From: a virus
Length of the DNA: 64,000 bases
Direction: 5' to 3' (one strand)
Virus record (IMG/VR): IMGVR_UViG_3300030002_000007
Span: 1 to 64,000 of that record
Shown: positions 10,005-19,474 of the stretch, in pieces
Layout of the letters: every line of letters begins with the position of its first letter
How positions within the stretch are numbered: position 1 is the stretch's first letter
Position numbers and translations under genes: made by a program
Notes under the pieces: model-generated
Seen by the model: the letters and a program-made list of their open reading frames with translations, nothing else
Told to the model about the DNA's origin: nothing
Database searches by the model: none

Positions 10005-11489
10005 TTACTCGTCGTCACCGTCATCATCGTCCGACGGCACATCATCAGTCTCGCCCTTGCCAGCTTTCGCCTTCTGAGTAGACACATACAGAAGTTCACC
10101 GATGCCCTTCGCCATCTGCGAGAAGCAGAACTTGCGAATGCTCATGGGCTTGTACCCCAGCACTGTTGAGATCTTCGTCATTGCATCCTTGTCACCAAGC
10201 ACCCACTTCTTGAAGTAGCCCCAAGGGATCGGCTTCTTTGAGGCACCGAGACCGTCGAGGTTGAGCTTGAAGCCCGCACGCGTACCGGAGAGCTGCCCCG
10301 TCTGCTTGAGGTAGTAGATCGTATCGAACACTGGATCGATACCTCGCGCTTGACCGTCAGCATCTTCCGTCCACAGCCGGATTAAGCACTCACGTTGCGG
10401 CGTCCACAGCTTGTTCTTGTTGGCCTTCAAGTGGACATAGCGGTACGTGTCCAAGCCATCGAATTCAACTGAAGGCTCCTGCTCGTCAAAGGTCTTCTTA
10501 CCCTTCTTCGGACTGAACGGTGCAGCACTCAACGAACGGGACACCTGACGCATACGAACGTCGGAGAACTGCTGCAAGGCCTTGCCGCCCTTTTCAGAAT
10601 CCTTCGGCCCGAACATAGCCATCGGATTGGAACGCAGGTGATTGAGGCCATAGACGGTGACCATCTTCTGCACCATACGACCTTTGACCCGCTCGAGCTG
10701 TTTGGAGAACGCAGAAGCCTTCACCGACAACTGGTTACTGATTTCCTCCTTGTCCTTGGCTTCCGGATTCATCGCCGTGTAAGAATCAACGAAGATGATG
10801 CCCTGCAGCTTGTCGTCAGGAGCCGGCACCCACCAACCATTGCCGTACTTGCGAGTCATGACTGGATCGATGAACTCTTCGATCTCGGCCTTCTTCTTTT
10901 TGTCCTCGGCATCGAAGATCAACCACCACTTGCCCTCAACGTAACGTTTGTCCGGAAGGTCGCGCAAGACTTCGGCCAGCCAGTCGTAGAAGCGTTCAAG
11001 GATAACCTCGGAGCGATAACGGACGCGAGGTGGGATTATGTACTGGCCTGTCTTCGGATCCTGCTTACCGAACACTTGATCCATCGTCATCTTGATGCCC
11101 ATCCCCTTGAGGATGTTATGCACATACGGCTTGGAGTTCTTTGTCGAACCCTCGAAGTCAACAAAGGCAATGATCGGAATGTCAGCCACGATAGCGGCAC
11201 CCATTACGTTCAAGGCAACCGTCGTCTTCGCGCATTGCTCTTCACCAGCCCCGGTCATCATGCAGGGCCGTATGCCCCCACCCAAGACTAAGTCGAGGGC
11301 TAACAGCGCGGTACTCATTGGAGGACACACATCCAACGACGAGCACTCGAAGCCTTGCCGTTTCGCAATGACATTGAGCGTAGTGTTATACATGGCGCGC
11401 ACATCGAGCTTCGGGCGTCTATCGACCTTATCTTCAACAGGTGCCTTCGTTTTCGCCTTTGTTGCTGGCGGTGCTGCTTTTTTAACCAT
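10005..11489 (-). CDS. RecA/UvsX-like recombinase
   Basis: LDLVLGGGI, variant Walker A GEEQCAKTT, FVDFE, FVDS, GGKALQQFSDVRM. Confidence 0.85.
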   Translation of the reverse strand: MVKKAAPPATKAKTKAPVEDKVDRRPKLDVRAMYNTTLNVIAKRQGFECSSLDVCPPMSTALLALDLVLGGGIRPCMMTGAGEEQCAKTTVALNVMGAAIVADIPIIAFVDFEGSTKNSKPYVHNILKGMGIKMTMDQVFGKQDPKTGQYIIPPRVRYRSEVILERFYDWLAEVLRDLPDKRYVEGKWWLIFDAEDKKKKAEIEEFIDPVMTRKYGNGWWVPAPDDKLQGIIFVDSYTAMNPEAKDKEEISNQLSVKASAFSKQLERVKGRMVQKMVTVYGLNHLRSNPMAMFGPKDSEKGGKALQQFSDVRMRQVSRSLSAAPFSPKKGKKTFDEQEPSVEFDGLDTYRYVHLKANKNKLWTPQRECLIRLWTEDADGQARGIDPVFDTIYYLKQTGQLSGTRAGFKLNLDGLGASKKPIPWGYFKKWVLGDKDAMTKISTVLGYKPMSIRKFCFSQMAKGIGELLYVSTQKAKAGKGETDDVPSDDDDGDDE

Positions 11490-11513
11490 ACGAAAATGCT
11501 CCCAAGAAATGAA

Positions 11514-11545
11514 GAGAGGGAGTGGGCTGAATGCACCACCCCCTC
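11514..11545 (-). terminator. Hairpin, probable intrinsic terminator after the SSB gene
   Basis: Minus strand GAGGGGGTGG...CCACTCCCTC followed by TCTTCATTTC. Confidence 0.5.
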
Positions 11546-11568
11546 ATATTTACACGAGTTCGGAACGA

Positions 11569-13041
11569 TCAGTCGTCGTCATCATCGAAGTCATCATCTT
11601 CATCGACAACCTTTTTCTTCTTGGCCGGAGCCTTCTTCTTCGGAGCAGGTTCATCGTCGTCATCTTCGTCCGCATCGAAGTCATCGTCTTCATCAACGAC
11701 TTTCTTCTTTTTCGCGGGAGCCTTCTTCTTCGGTGCTGGCTCGTCGTCATCCTCGAAGTCGTCATCTTCATCGACGACCTTCTTGGACTTCTTCTTTGCC
11801 GGCGCGGGTTCATCATCCTCGTCGTCATCAAAGTCATCTTCGTCGACTACCTTCTTCTTTTTCGCAGGAGTCTTCTTCTTTGGAGCCGGTTCATCTTCGT
11901 CATCGTCGAAGTCATCCTCGTCAACGACTTTCTTTTTCTTCTTCGGCGCCGGTTCATCTTCTTCGTCGTCGCTGTCGAAGTCGTCTTCGTCTTCGTCGAC
12001 TACCTTCTTCTTTTTGGCCGCAACTTTCTTCTTGGGGGCCGGCTCGTCGTCATCCTCGCCGTCAAAGTCATCTTCGTCTTCATCAACGACCTTTTTCTTC
12101 TTGGCCGTAGCCTTCTTCTTCGGTGCTGGCTCGTCGTCATCCTCGTCTTCGTCGAAGTCCTCGTCAACTACCTTCTTCGACTTCTTCGGTGCGGGCTCGT
12201 CGTCCTCGTCAGCATCTTCGACCTTCTTCTTTTTCTTGCCGGCGTTGACCTTGAAGCCCATGCTTAAGGCCCAACGCTCGAAGTTTGCACGAGTGCCTTC
12301 TTCGCTGTCTGCTGAGCTGAGGTCGGACAGATCCCACAGTAAGTAGGCCAATTCTTCTTCAGTAAGCGGAGTCTTGGCTTCACGCGGAACGACTTGATAT
12401 TGCTCAGACGGAGCCTTGTCGCTATCGTAGAGCACGCGAATGTCGCAACCATACTTCGGATGGCTAACCGGGAAGCACTTCACTTCACCCGAGCGGCTTT
12501 CGATAGTGTTGAGTTCTTTCAAGCCCTTGATCTTGCCGGCCAAACTTGTCGGAATGCGAACGGCAACGACTGGAGTCAGTGTATCGCTGTCCTTGTCCTT
12601 GAAGCCAGTGGTACGCTCGATCTTGGTGGGCTTGTTGTCTTCCGCATTGAACTTGCGCTGTAATGAACGGCTGATCATGCACACCCAATAGTTCTTGACG
12701 AACTGAATCGGGGAACGCCAGTTCTTCATGTCCTCGCCGTCACTCTCGGCTTTGGCACGCAGCTTGGCTTCGGCATCACGCCACGGATCATAGATCGTGG
12801 AATCGCGCTCTTGCGTTGCCGGGTCGAATGACGGACACTCGACATAGTACTTGATCGGCTTGCCTTCCTTGTTCTTGCCAGCGATCCAGTAGCCGGCATA
12901 AGCAAACACCTTGCCGAGGACTCGCATTTGGATCCACTTCTTTTCGGGGAAGTGATAGACGTCAACCTTATCCTCTGGCCGACTCTTCTTCTCTCTTCCG
13001 CCACCCTTTACGTCGTCAAAATCAGTACCTGCACGGCCCAT
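11569..13041 (-). CDS. Probable single-stranded DNA-binding protein (gp32-like) with a long repetitive K/DE tail
   Basis: Adjacent to RecA; aromatic-rich N-domain with HPKYGCDIRV...YQV pattern; acidic C-terminus. Confidence 0.65.
   Translation of the reverse strand: MGRAGTDFDDVKGGGREKKSRPEDKVDVYHFPEKKWIQMRVLGKVFAYAGYWIAGKNKEGKPIKYYVECPSFDPATQERDSTIYDPWRDAEAKLRAKAESDGEDMKNWRSPIQFVKNYWVCMISRSLQRKFNAEDNKPTKIERTTGFKDKDSDTLTPVVAVRIPTSLAGKIKGLKELNTIESRSGEVKCFPVSHPKYGCDIRVLYDSDKAPSEQYQVVPREAKTPLTEEELAYLLWDLSDLSSADSEEGTRANFERWALSMGFKVNAGKKKKKVEDADEDDEPAPKKSKKVVDEDFDEDEDDDEPAPKKKATAKKKKVVDEDEDDFDGEDDDEPAPKKKVAAKKKKVVDEDEDDFDSDDEEDEPAPKKKKKVVDEDDFDDDEDEPAPKKKTPAKKKKVVDEDDFDDDEDDEPAPAKKKSKKVVDEDDDFEDDDEPAPKKKAPAKKKKVVDEDDDFDADEDDDDEPAPKKKAPAKKKKVVDEDDDFDDDDD
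11572..12240 (-). repeat. Coding tandem repeat of about 8 units: EPAP-(A)-KK-(x)-KKVVDED-(D/E)n
   Basis: Read directly from the translation. Confidence 0.9.
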
Positions 13042-13044
13042 GGC

Positions 13045-13992
13045 TCATGTCTCCAATGTGAAAAGTTGCAAAACTGCGCGCTGCTTTGATGAAACAAACT
13101 CAGGGATACGCAATGTCGCTCGAACGTACCCCTCCCGATCATATTGCTTTGCTACCGATGCTACGTGCTCTAATGCTTCAAAATCCATGTCAGGCAATAC
13201 GTCACCCAACTGCGTTCCTTCTTCAACTAGTTCCTCATAACTAGTGTGGTAGTTATCTTTTGCCTGCCGGGCTGCCTCTGCCTTGGCGCTCTTCAACCAA
13301 GAGGAGATGAATGTCGTTAGCACGCCCTGTCTCGAATCGCACCTATCAATTGCCTTGGCAACATACGCCAGATAGATCTGAGCAATGTCGTCCAAAGGGA
13401 ATGAACAAGCCAACTCCTTGTACGTCGACTGCGCTTGCAGCAGAGCCATTCGCATGTACTTCTGAACGATCAGCTCTTTGAACCACCGCGCCTTCCCTTC
13501 CCAGTATTGCACTTCGCGGGAAATGGCAAACAGGTTGTACTTGTACTCCATGCCCAATGCGTCCTGAATGGAAGCTTGAACGCGAAGCTCTGTCTGCTTG
13601 GATACTCTGACAGCCCTTGCCTGAATTTTGTCGTATGTATTTACAAGATGGGCAAAGACAGACAGGATGCCAAACAGGATACCTCGGTTCAGGTGCATGT
13701 TCTCGAAATGCGCGAAGTCCTTTGTGATAATGAGGTTGTAGAAATGATGGGGCATCACGCCCTTCGTATTCATGGAGAACTTGGTCGACGGCTTGAGCGT
13801 CTGCGTAGCCACTACCTTAGCTGCGAAGTTTTCGATGAACGCGGGGGCTGTGCCGTACAGCAAATCCAGACCATGCTTGAGGAAGAACTGAAGAGTGCAG
13901 AGGTACTGGTGGGAGGTTAGATTCCCAACAATGCCTTCTGTGACTCCTTTCAGTGATCCGAACGTCGCGGAGTGTTTGTATGCCTGAGCCAT
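13045..13992 (-). CDS. Phage sigma70-like RNA polymerase sigma factor
   Basis: Region-2-like ELIVQKYMRM...LDDIAQ...KAIDRCDSRQG-LTTFISSWLK. Confidence 0.7.
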   Translation of the reverse strand: MAQAYKHSATFGSLKGVTEGIVGNLTSHQYLCTLQFFLKHGLDLLYGTAPAFIENFAAKVVATQTLKPSTKFSMNTKGVMPHHFYNLIITKDFAHFENMHLNRGILFGILSVFAHLVNTYDKIQARAVRVSKQTELRVQASIQDALGMEYKYNLFAISREVQYWEGKARWFKELIVQKYMRMALLQAQSTYKELACSFPLDDIAQIYLAYVAKAIDRCDSRQGVLTTFISSWLKSAKAEAARQAKDNYHTSYEELVEEGTQLGDVLPDMDFEALEHVASVAKQYDREGYVRATLRIPEFVSSKQRAVLQLFTLET

Positions 13993-14001
13993 CGTCTATA
14001 C

Positions 14002-14421
14002 TCACAGCCCAGCGATTTGGTTTCTGAGCTTCAGGTACAGAGCAACGAGATGCTTGCACTGACCGACCACTTGAGTTGGGTTCGTCATGTCAGGTGGCTG
14101 ACCATTGGAGTACTCGAGATCAGCGGCCTTGCGTTTGTGTAATGCGTACTCATACCGGTACATGAAGTCAGGACAGGAGCAAGACACATTCACATGCAGC
14201 TTCTTGTCGATGAATTCGACGACTGTGACGTACCGTGTGCGATCTGGATTTACCCGCACCCGGCCATGCACATCGTAGTGATGCGTGGAGTACGACTTGC
14301 AGGCTGCGTAGCCGGTACCTCGTGGAGTGTAACCTGCCTTGAACTGCACAAGCCGAACAAACTTGGCATTGGATCTACGAACAGGATCAGTGCGGGTGAC
14401 AATAGTGCTGAGCTTTAACAT
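14002..14421 (-). CDS. SWIM zinc-finger protein
   Basis: VSCSCPDF...CKHL. Confidence 0.75.
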   Translation of the reverse strand: MLKLSTIVTRTDPVRRSNAKFVRLVQFKAGYTPRGTGYAACKSYSTHHYDVHGRVRVNPDRTRYVTVVEFIDKKLHVNVSCSCPDFMYRYEYALHKRKAADLEYSNGQPPDMTNPTQVVGQCKHLVALYLKLRNQIAGL

Positions 14422-14433
14422 GAAATGTGCTCC

Positions 14434-14892
14434 TTAGAAATCCCCGAATGCCGTCTGGTAGCAAACAACGCCAAGAGACCGCCACATCGAGACAACACGG
14501 TTGCGATCCTCGAATACCAAGAAGACATCTTTCGGTAAAATGCCCTCCAGCTCAAGGAGGTACGGCTTGAGTATGTCGTCGTGCATGTGATCGCCTGTGA
14601 TCGCATCCGGGCGCATGAGCAACTGCGCAGAGATGATCGAAGGTGATACGTACTTCTTCAATTGCTGCAAGGTGAGCGCTCGCGCCATCTCCGGCCGGCC
14701 GGTCACGAAATAGAAGCGGTAATCAGAATCACTCAGGAACTTGCGATAGATCTCGACACCTTGCGGTATCGGCGTGTCCAAGTGATGATTGTCGTTCCAG
14801 CCCTTCAAGTCATTCGACAAGAAGAACGGGAGTCTTTCTTCTGAGCAAATGCAGCAGCCATCAATGTCTGCAACGATAACGTTCTTTGTCAC
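14434..14892 (-). CDS. HAD phosphatase (polynucleotide kinase 3'-phosphatase-like)
   Basis: DIDG, VTGRPE, LLMR, FEDR, WRSLG...GDF motifs. Confidence 0.85.
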   Translation of the reverse strand: MTKNVIVADIDGCCICSEERLPFFLSNDLKGWNDNHHLDTPIPQGVEIYRKFLSDSDYRFYFVTGRPEMARALTLQQLKKYVSPSIISAQLLMRPDAITGDHMHDDILKPYLLELEGILPKDVFLVFEDRNRVVSMWRSLGVVCYQTAFGDF

Positions 14893-15113
14893 GTGTCCAC
14901 CTCGTCCATTTCAGTTTCCATGCAGTAATCGTCAACGCGACGAATACTCCCATCTGCTTCCACTACACCAACTGCGATCAGCCGAGCCATACCGTACCTA
15001 GGCTCTGTTGGAAGGATGACTTCAAACCCCTTTCCCAGTTGGTCAGGAACCAAAATGGAACCTACATGAACAACACGAACGTCTACGTTTGAGGAAAGGG
15101 ACTTGACCATCAC
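14889..15113 (-). CDS. Hypothetical protein
   Basis: Small ORF overlapping both neighbours. Confidence 0.5.
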   Translation of the reverse strand: MMVKSLSSNVDVRVVHVGSILVPDQLGKGFEVILPTEPRYGMARLIAVGVVEADGSIRRVDDYCMETEMDEVDT

Positions 15114-15877
15114 CTTGAAAGCTCCACGAGTTGGAAGAATTCAGCACGAGCCATAGCATTATTGCGCATGGCACCCCGCGTCACAGAATTCACCATCAAG
15201 GAGTCTGGATCTTTGACACCTCGATGGCTGCAACACAAATGCTTGGCACGAATCAGCACAGCCAGGCCTTCAGGCTGAGTACAGTCTTCCAAGAAGTCAG
15301 CTATGCGCATCGCCCATTCTTCCTGTATTTGAGGACGGGAAGAAATGTGATCGATTGACCTATGAAATTTGGACAGTCCGATCAGTGCATCTTTTGCGAT
15401 AACACCAACCCATGCGTGCCCGGTGATAGGAACCATGTGATGCGCACAGACACTGCGTATCGTGATGGGCCCGACTACGTACATCTCGTCGATCTGTGTA
15501 ACGTTGGGGAACTCGGTGATCGCGGGGGGCGGGAAATAACGACCCCGATACAATTCCGTAATCATCATCTTTGCCCAACGATTTGCGGTGTCTTTTGAGT
15601 TGTGGTCGTTCTCAGTGTCGATCAGCAAAGCGGCCAACACCGCTTGGAACTTGTCGGCCACTTCTTTCTGCAGGTCGACCAAAGCTCCTTCAGGTATGGC
15701 CTCATAAACTGTGTCTGTACCAAGGGCTGGTAAGCCAAGCTTCTTAATCTCCAGCCACAGGTACTCGCTGCAAGTAAGTGGCGGAACGTAGGGCCCGCTG
15801 TCTATGGCAACAGTAGCCATTACACTGTCGACGGTATTAGCATTGGCAATCTTTGTCAGGGCTTCAAGAGCATCCAT
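15110..15877 (-). CDS. folE: GTP cyclohydrolase I
   Basis: RSVCAHH, IGLSK, RPQIQE, HLCCSHRGV. Confidence 0.92.
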   Translation of the reverse strand: MDALEALTKIANANTVDSVMATVAIDSGPYVPPLTCSEYLWLEIKKLGLPALGTDTVYEAIPEGALVDLQKEVADKFQAVLAALLIDTENDHNSKDTANRWAKMMITELYRGRYFPPPAITEFPNVTQIDEMYVVGPITIRSVCAHHMVPITGHAWVGVIAKDALIGLSKFHRSIDHISSRPQIQEEWAMRIADFLEDCTQPEGLAVLIRAKHLCCSHRGVKDPDSLMVNSVTRGAMRNNAMARAEFFQLVELSR

Positions 15878-15890
15878 TGAGTACTTGTCC

Positions 15891-16721
15891 TTATGCGAGA
15901 TTTACAAAGAGGTGTGTCTGGAGTGACAGCTTCAAGCCATCGTGCTGCAGCACGTACTGCGCTGCGTATTCGTAATTCTTCTTCGTCGCTTCATGATCGA
16001 CGAGCGTCGCATCCCACACGCTGGCCACTTCGCCTTCAGGCGCTCGGAGGTAACGGGCCATCGGCGATACGTAGACCGGGATCATAGAATTCGCCATGAG
16101 GTCGAATGCCCAATCCGGAAGCTCGTGATGTGGGCTGTCCTCGTCGGCGTCGATCACGAACTTCAGGAAGCCATTCATCTCGATCATGTTGAGTACGTCG
16201 AAAGGAATCTTCATGCACTCTTTGGTCTTGTAGTTGGCTTTGGGTGACACGCCGAAGCACACCTTGCCGAATATCTCTTCGGGCAACTGGCGAAGCTGTT
16301 GCGAGAACTGAGGATTGGTACCGTTGCTCTCGAACTGGAAGATCTCGAACGAGGGGCCGACATGCTCTAGGCGCACTAACACATCGAGGATCAGAGGCTG
16401 GAGAGTTGGCTCCCCGCCAGTGATAACGAGGATCACACTCTTGCGATTACCGCGCAAGGTAGTCAACAGGTTTGCAAGCTCTGAGGGTGTGATCTTGGTG
16501 GCGTTCTCCATCTTGAAGTTCGTATCGCAGAACTGACAGAAGTTTGTCTTGTCACCGAAGTTGCACCCAGCCAAACGAACGAACACCGCAGGGTGTCCCG
16601 CGTACGGGCCTTCGCCTTGGATCGTTAACCATGCACCACTAACGTAAAGGTGTGTGGCGTCTTTGAACTCATTTCGAGTCACTGAGCGATCAGTGTTGTG
16701 GGTGACGATAGGTATTACCAT
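15891..16721 (-). CDS. queE: 7-carboxy-7-deazaguanine synthase (radical SAM)
   Basis: TIQGEG, FVRLAGCN...CQFCDT, ITGGEP, ESNG, VSPK, SLQTH; ATG 16721 with GAGG RBS. Confidence 0.92.
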   Translation of the reverse strand: MVIPIVTHNTDRSVTRNEFKDATHLYVSGAWLTIQGEGPYAGHPAVFVRLAGCNFGDKTNFCQFCDTNFKMENATKITPSELANLLTTLRGNRKSVILVITGGEPTLQPLILDVLVRLEHVGPSFEIFQFESNGTNPQFSQQLRQLPEEIFGKVCFGVSPKANYKTKECMKIPFDVLNMIEMNGFLKFVIDADEDSPHHELPDWAFDLMANSMIPVYVSPMARYLRAPEGEVASVWDATLVDHEATKKNYEYAAQYVLQHDGLKLSLQTHLFVNLA

Positions 16722-16858
16722 AATGTTGCCTCTTTCCCTCGTAAGAAATCGGACTCCCATATTGTCAGGAAGGTCGAAGAAACAAACAAATGCTTCTCGT
16801 CCTTGAAGTCCTGACGCAGAGCCACGTGGTCTGCATTATGAATCTTGATCGGTTGCAT
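16715..16858 (-). pseudogene. 47-aa remnant or duplicate of the QueE N-terminus
   Basis: MQPIKIHNADHVALRQDFKDEKHLFVSSTFLTIW aligns without gaps to QueE VIPIVTHNTDRSVTRNEFKDATHLYVSGAWLTIQ. Confidence 0.7.
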
Positions 16859-17318
16859 AGACTGACGCCTTTCCATTTCCGTACACCCGATCGTGAACCT
16901 CTTGAGGCGTGAGGGCCAAGTACCGAGTGAACCGCTTGTTTTCAATAGTTGACACATCACCAGTTCGATAGAAGGCTTCGAGCTGATCACTGTCAGGGAA
17001 TTTGTACGACGGGCCATACACCTTGATCTTGTTGGGTGCGACCTTGCGAGGGAACGTTGTCTTCACAAGCATGCCCGAGGGCTGAACGGCGTACCCAAGC
17101 ATTGGAATCCCTGCTGACTGGAGGAACGCCAAGTTCGCAATCACCAAAACGTTCTTGTGACCCTTCCTATTTACAGGATTGGATAACGATGTGACCCCGA
17201 AAACAAGGAGTGCATCAATCACTTTTGCGTACGCATCGACGGTGGGATTGAAGAACGGAATACCGTAGATGTTCTCATGCTCTACTGAAAAGTATTTCTT
17301 GACTGGCGTCTTCTTCAC
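16836..17318 (-). CDS. Hypothetical protein within the deazaguanine cluster
   Basis: 160 aa; GTGA overlap with dpdA. Confidence 0.65.
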   Translation of the reverse strand: MKKTPVKKYFSVEHENIYGIPFFNPTVDAYAKVIDALLVFGVTSLSNPVNRKGHKNVLVIANLAFLQSAGIPMLGYAVQPSGMLVKTTFPRKVAPNKIKVYGPSYKFPDSDQLEAFYRTGDVSTIENKRFTRYLALTPQEVHDRVYGNGKASVYATDQDS

Positions 17319-18751
17319 TTCGCTCCCTTTGCCTTTCCTGCAATGCCATGAAACTCTTCGTAGCGTTCGATGGCTTTGGTTGTTATTGCGCCTGCCTTCA
17401 AATGGCGATCTGCGACCGTGGCAACTTTGAACAGGCCACTTGGAGCAGACGACTTGCGAAGGAAGCCTTCCAGCACTTCACGATGCTTTGCCCATGCGGG
17501 GTGGAAGCCATTACCCATGTCCATCGTGAAACGATACAGCGCCCGGCACATGTCGGTCAGTCCGGAGGGCGCGGTGATGTTCAAGAGTTCAGACATCTTG
17601 ATCTGACCCTTCAGCATCGCCACCGTAGCTTCGTTTACCACAGCATACATCTGGAACATGGTGTGCATACCGTGCAACGCATTCCCCATCGCCGCCAGCT
17701 TGAAGGCTAACGGGTTCCCGGCTACGTAGCAGATCGGGCAATTGCAAGGCAGCGCAAAGCTGAACGTCTGATTCGGAATTGCAAAGTTCGCGATCTTCGA
17801 TTCCATCGTGTGCCGGATACCCAAGCTGCTGTGCGAGATCGCAGCCTGTGCATACGTTGACGAATCCGAACTGATGAATGGCGCCATACCAAGTGCAGTA
17901 AGGATGATGTAGATCGAGATCATGAATGGGTTGGTGGTTCCCAAGACGTGATACCTTTCGTACTCACCCTTCGTCAAATCTAGGACTGCCGACAAATTCA
18001 CAACTGCCATGAGCTGTGAAGTGAATGCGGTGTCGTAGTTGGCCTGACCGATACCGCCCAACGCTAACCCTACCCCGGCCTTGTGCTTCATGATGTACTC
18101 GGTGAACCTCAACCGATTCGCCAACGTGAGGCCGTGACTCACATCATAGATCGCGGCTTCACTGTTCAGGCTCTTCAGATGACCAGCAATGTACTTGTCG
18201 TTCAAAGCTGTCACTCGGGCCATCCTCATAAACCACTCCGTGTCTTGCAAGTGGCGAGAAAGCGGAATGTCCAAGCCGATGCCGTAGTCAACGTGGCGGT
18301 GATAATGATTGACCAGCTTGTCGGGTTCAATGAACGTCTCAACGCCCTTCGACAACTGGAAGCCACCTGAGTCAGAAAAGATCTTCACCAAGCCGTTACG
18401 CTTGTGGTACGCATCCGGATGCTCGGGCAGCACCATCATGTGGTTGTATCCGATCGACTTCAGCATCTCCGGGTTACTTAACGGAGACAAAGGGAAGCAC
18501 ACATCGAACGCTTCGGACGCAATGCCTGCTGACGAAACGGAACCCATGCCGTAATACACAGTGCGATCGGGTAGGTACATCGTATCCAACCCGAGCTTGC
18601 GCTCTACGGTGTAGGGAGGCTTTTTTGGCTTACCAAACTTCGCCGCGAAGTAACTGTTCCGCGAGATCGAACAGACTGAGGCCGGCATGATCTCGACCTT
18701 AGCTGTACGACGGATTTCAACCGATGGCTTCTTTTGGGTATTCATAATCAA
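17315..18751 (-). CDS. dpdA: DpdA/TGT-like 7-deazaguanine DNA transglycosylase
   Basis: FSDSGGFQ, GLDIP, LALGG, HVLG, SSDSST and zinc site CNCPIC; inside the que cluster. Confidence 0.8.
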   Translation of the reverse strand: MIMNTQKKPSVEIRRTAKVEIMPASVCSISRNSYFAAKFGKPKKPPYTVERKLGLDTMYLPDRTVYYGMGSVSSAGIASEAFDVCFPLSPLSNPEMLKSIGYNHMMVLPEHPDAYHKRNGLVKIFSDSGGFQLSKGVETFIEPDKLVNHYHRHVDYGIGLDIPLSRHLQDTEWFMRMARVTALNDKYIAGHLKSLNSEAAIYDVSHGLTLANRLRFTEYIMKHKAGVGLALGGIGQANYDTAFTSQLMAVVNLSAVLDLTKGEYERYHVLGTTNPFMISIYIILTALGMAPFISSDSSTYAQAAISHSSLGIRHTMESKIANFAIPNQTFSFALPCNCPICYVAGNPLAFKLAAMGNALHGMHTMFQMYAVVNEATVAMLKGQIKMSELLNITAPSGLTDMCRALYRFTMDMGNGFHPAWAKHREVLEGFLRKSSAPSGLFKVATVADRHLKAGAITTKAIERYEEFHGIAGKAKGAK

Positions 18752-19472
18752 TCATCTCGAGGGCCGGAAGGATTTCCTGTTTTCTGTGATCGTCGTAGTA
18801 CGTGCCATAGAGCATCTCGTAAATGATGCGCTGGTTCTCTTCGACGTTCAAGGGATAGATGTTGTACTTCTCAGTCAGTCCCAACTGCGTGAAAATTCCC
18901 CAACGCCTGAAACAGACGACACACGCCCCACATTTGCCAGCCTCGCCAGAAAGACACGAAGAGGAATCAATGATCTCCTGAGCAGGGAGGCCGGCATCCA
19001 ACGCCCACTTGGTAGCTGTGAACTTGTTGAAGCCCGCATCAGCAAGAGGAAAGCGCACTTGGATCTTCGTCTTGAACGGAGACAGTACATAATTCAAGGT
19101 GCGATTTGCATGCTCGAGGAACTCGTAGTTCTTGTCGGTGCCATGCGCGACTGTCTCACCGAGAAGGGCACCCATCCAGATTTCGTCAGGCAGGTCAGCG
19201 CAAGCAACCAGAGTAGCAAGCACCAAGTTGCGACCGGGGATGTAAATGTTACCCGACGTGCTGCCTTCCTTCGCTGCGGCAGCCTTGCCACCGAGCCAAT
19301 CGAGCTTGCGACGAATCACGTAGTCGGGGAGGGCGGCCATTTCCTTCTCAAGGTACTCTTGGCCTATATCGTAGAACACGCAAACAACTTCGGCTTCAGG
19401 GAAATAGAACTCGGCGTACTTCTTCATAATGAGCGAATCAAGTCCGCCAGAAAACAGGATGACGATTTTCAT
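18717..19472 (-). CDS. queC: 7-cyano-7-deazaguanine (preQ0) synthase
   Basis: SGGLDS, YIPGRN, SC...CGACVVC. Confidence 0.92.
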   Translation of the reverse strand: MKIVILFSGGLDSLIMKKYAEFYFPEAEVVCVFYDIGQEYLEKEMAALPDYVIRRKLDWLGGKAAAAKEGSTSGNIYIPGRNLVLATLVACADLPDEIWMGALLGETVAHGTDKNYEFLEHANRTLNYVLSPFKTKIQVRFPLADAGFNKFTATKWALDAGLPAQEIIDSSSCLSGEAGKCGACVVCFRRWGIFTQLGLTEKYNIYPLNVEENQRIIYEMLYGTYYDDHRKQEILPALEMIDYEYPKEAIG

Positions 19473-19474
19473 GA

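Noticed and set aside
11572-12240. Possible CRISPR array
   Set aside because: The repeats are degenerate in-frame coding units without unique spacers, and no cas genes are visible.
11092-12346. Long plus-strand ORFs (391, 251 and 271 aa)
   Set aside because: Antisense shadows of the SSB repeat; low-complexity S/F/V/L translations with no RBS.
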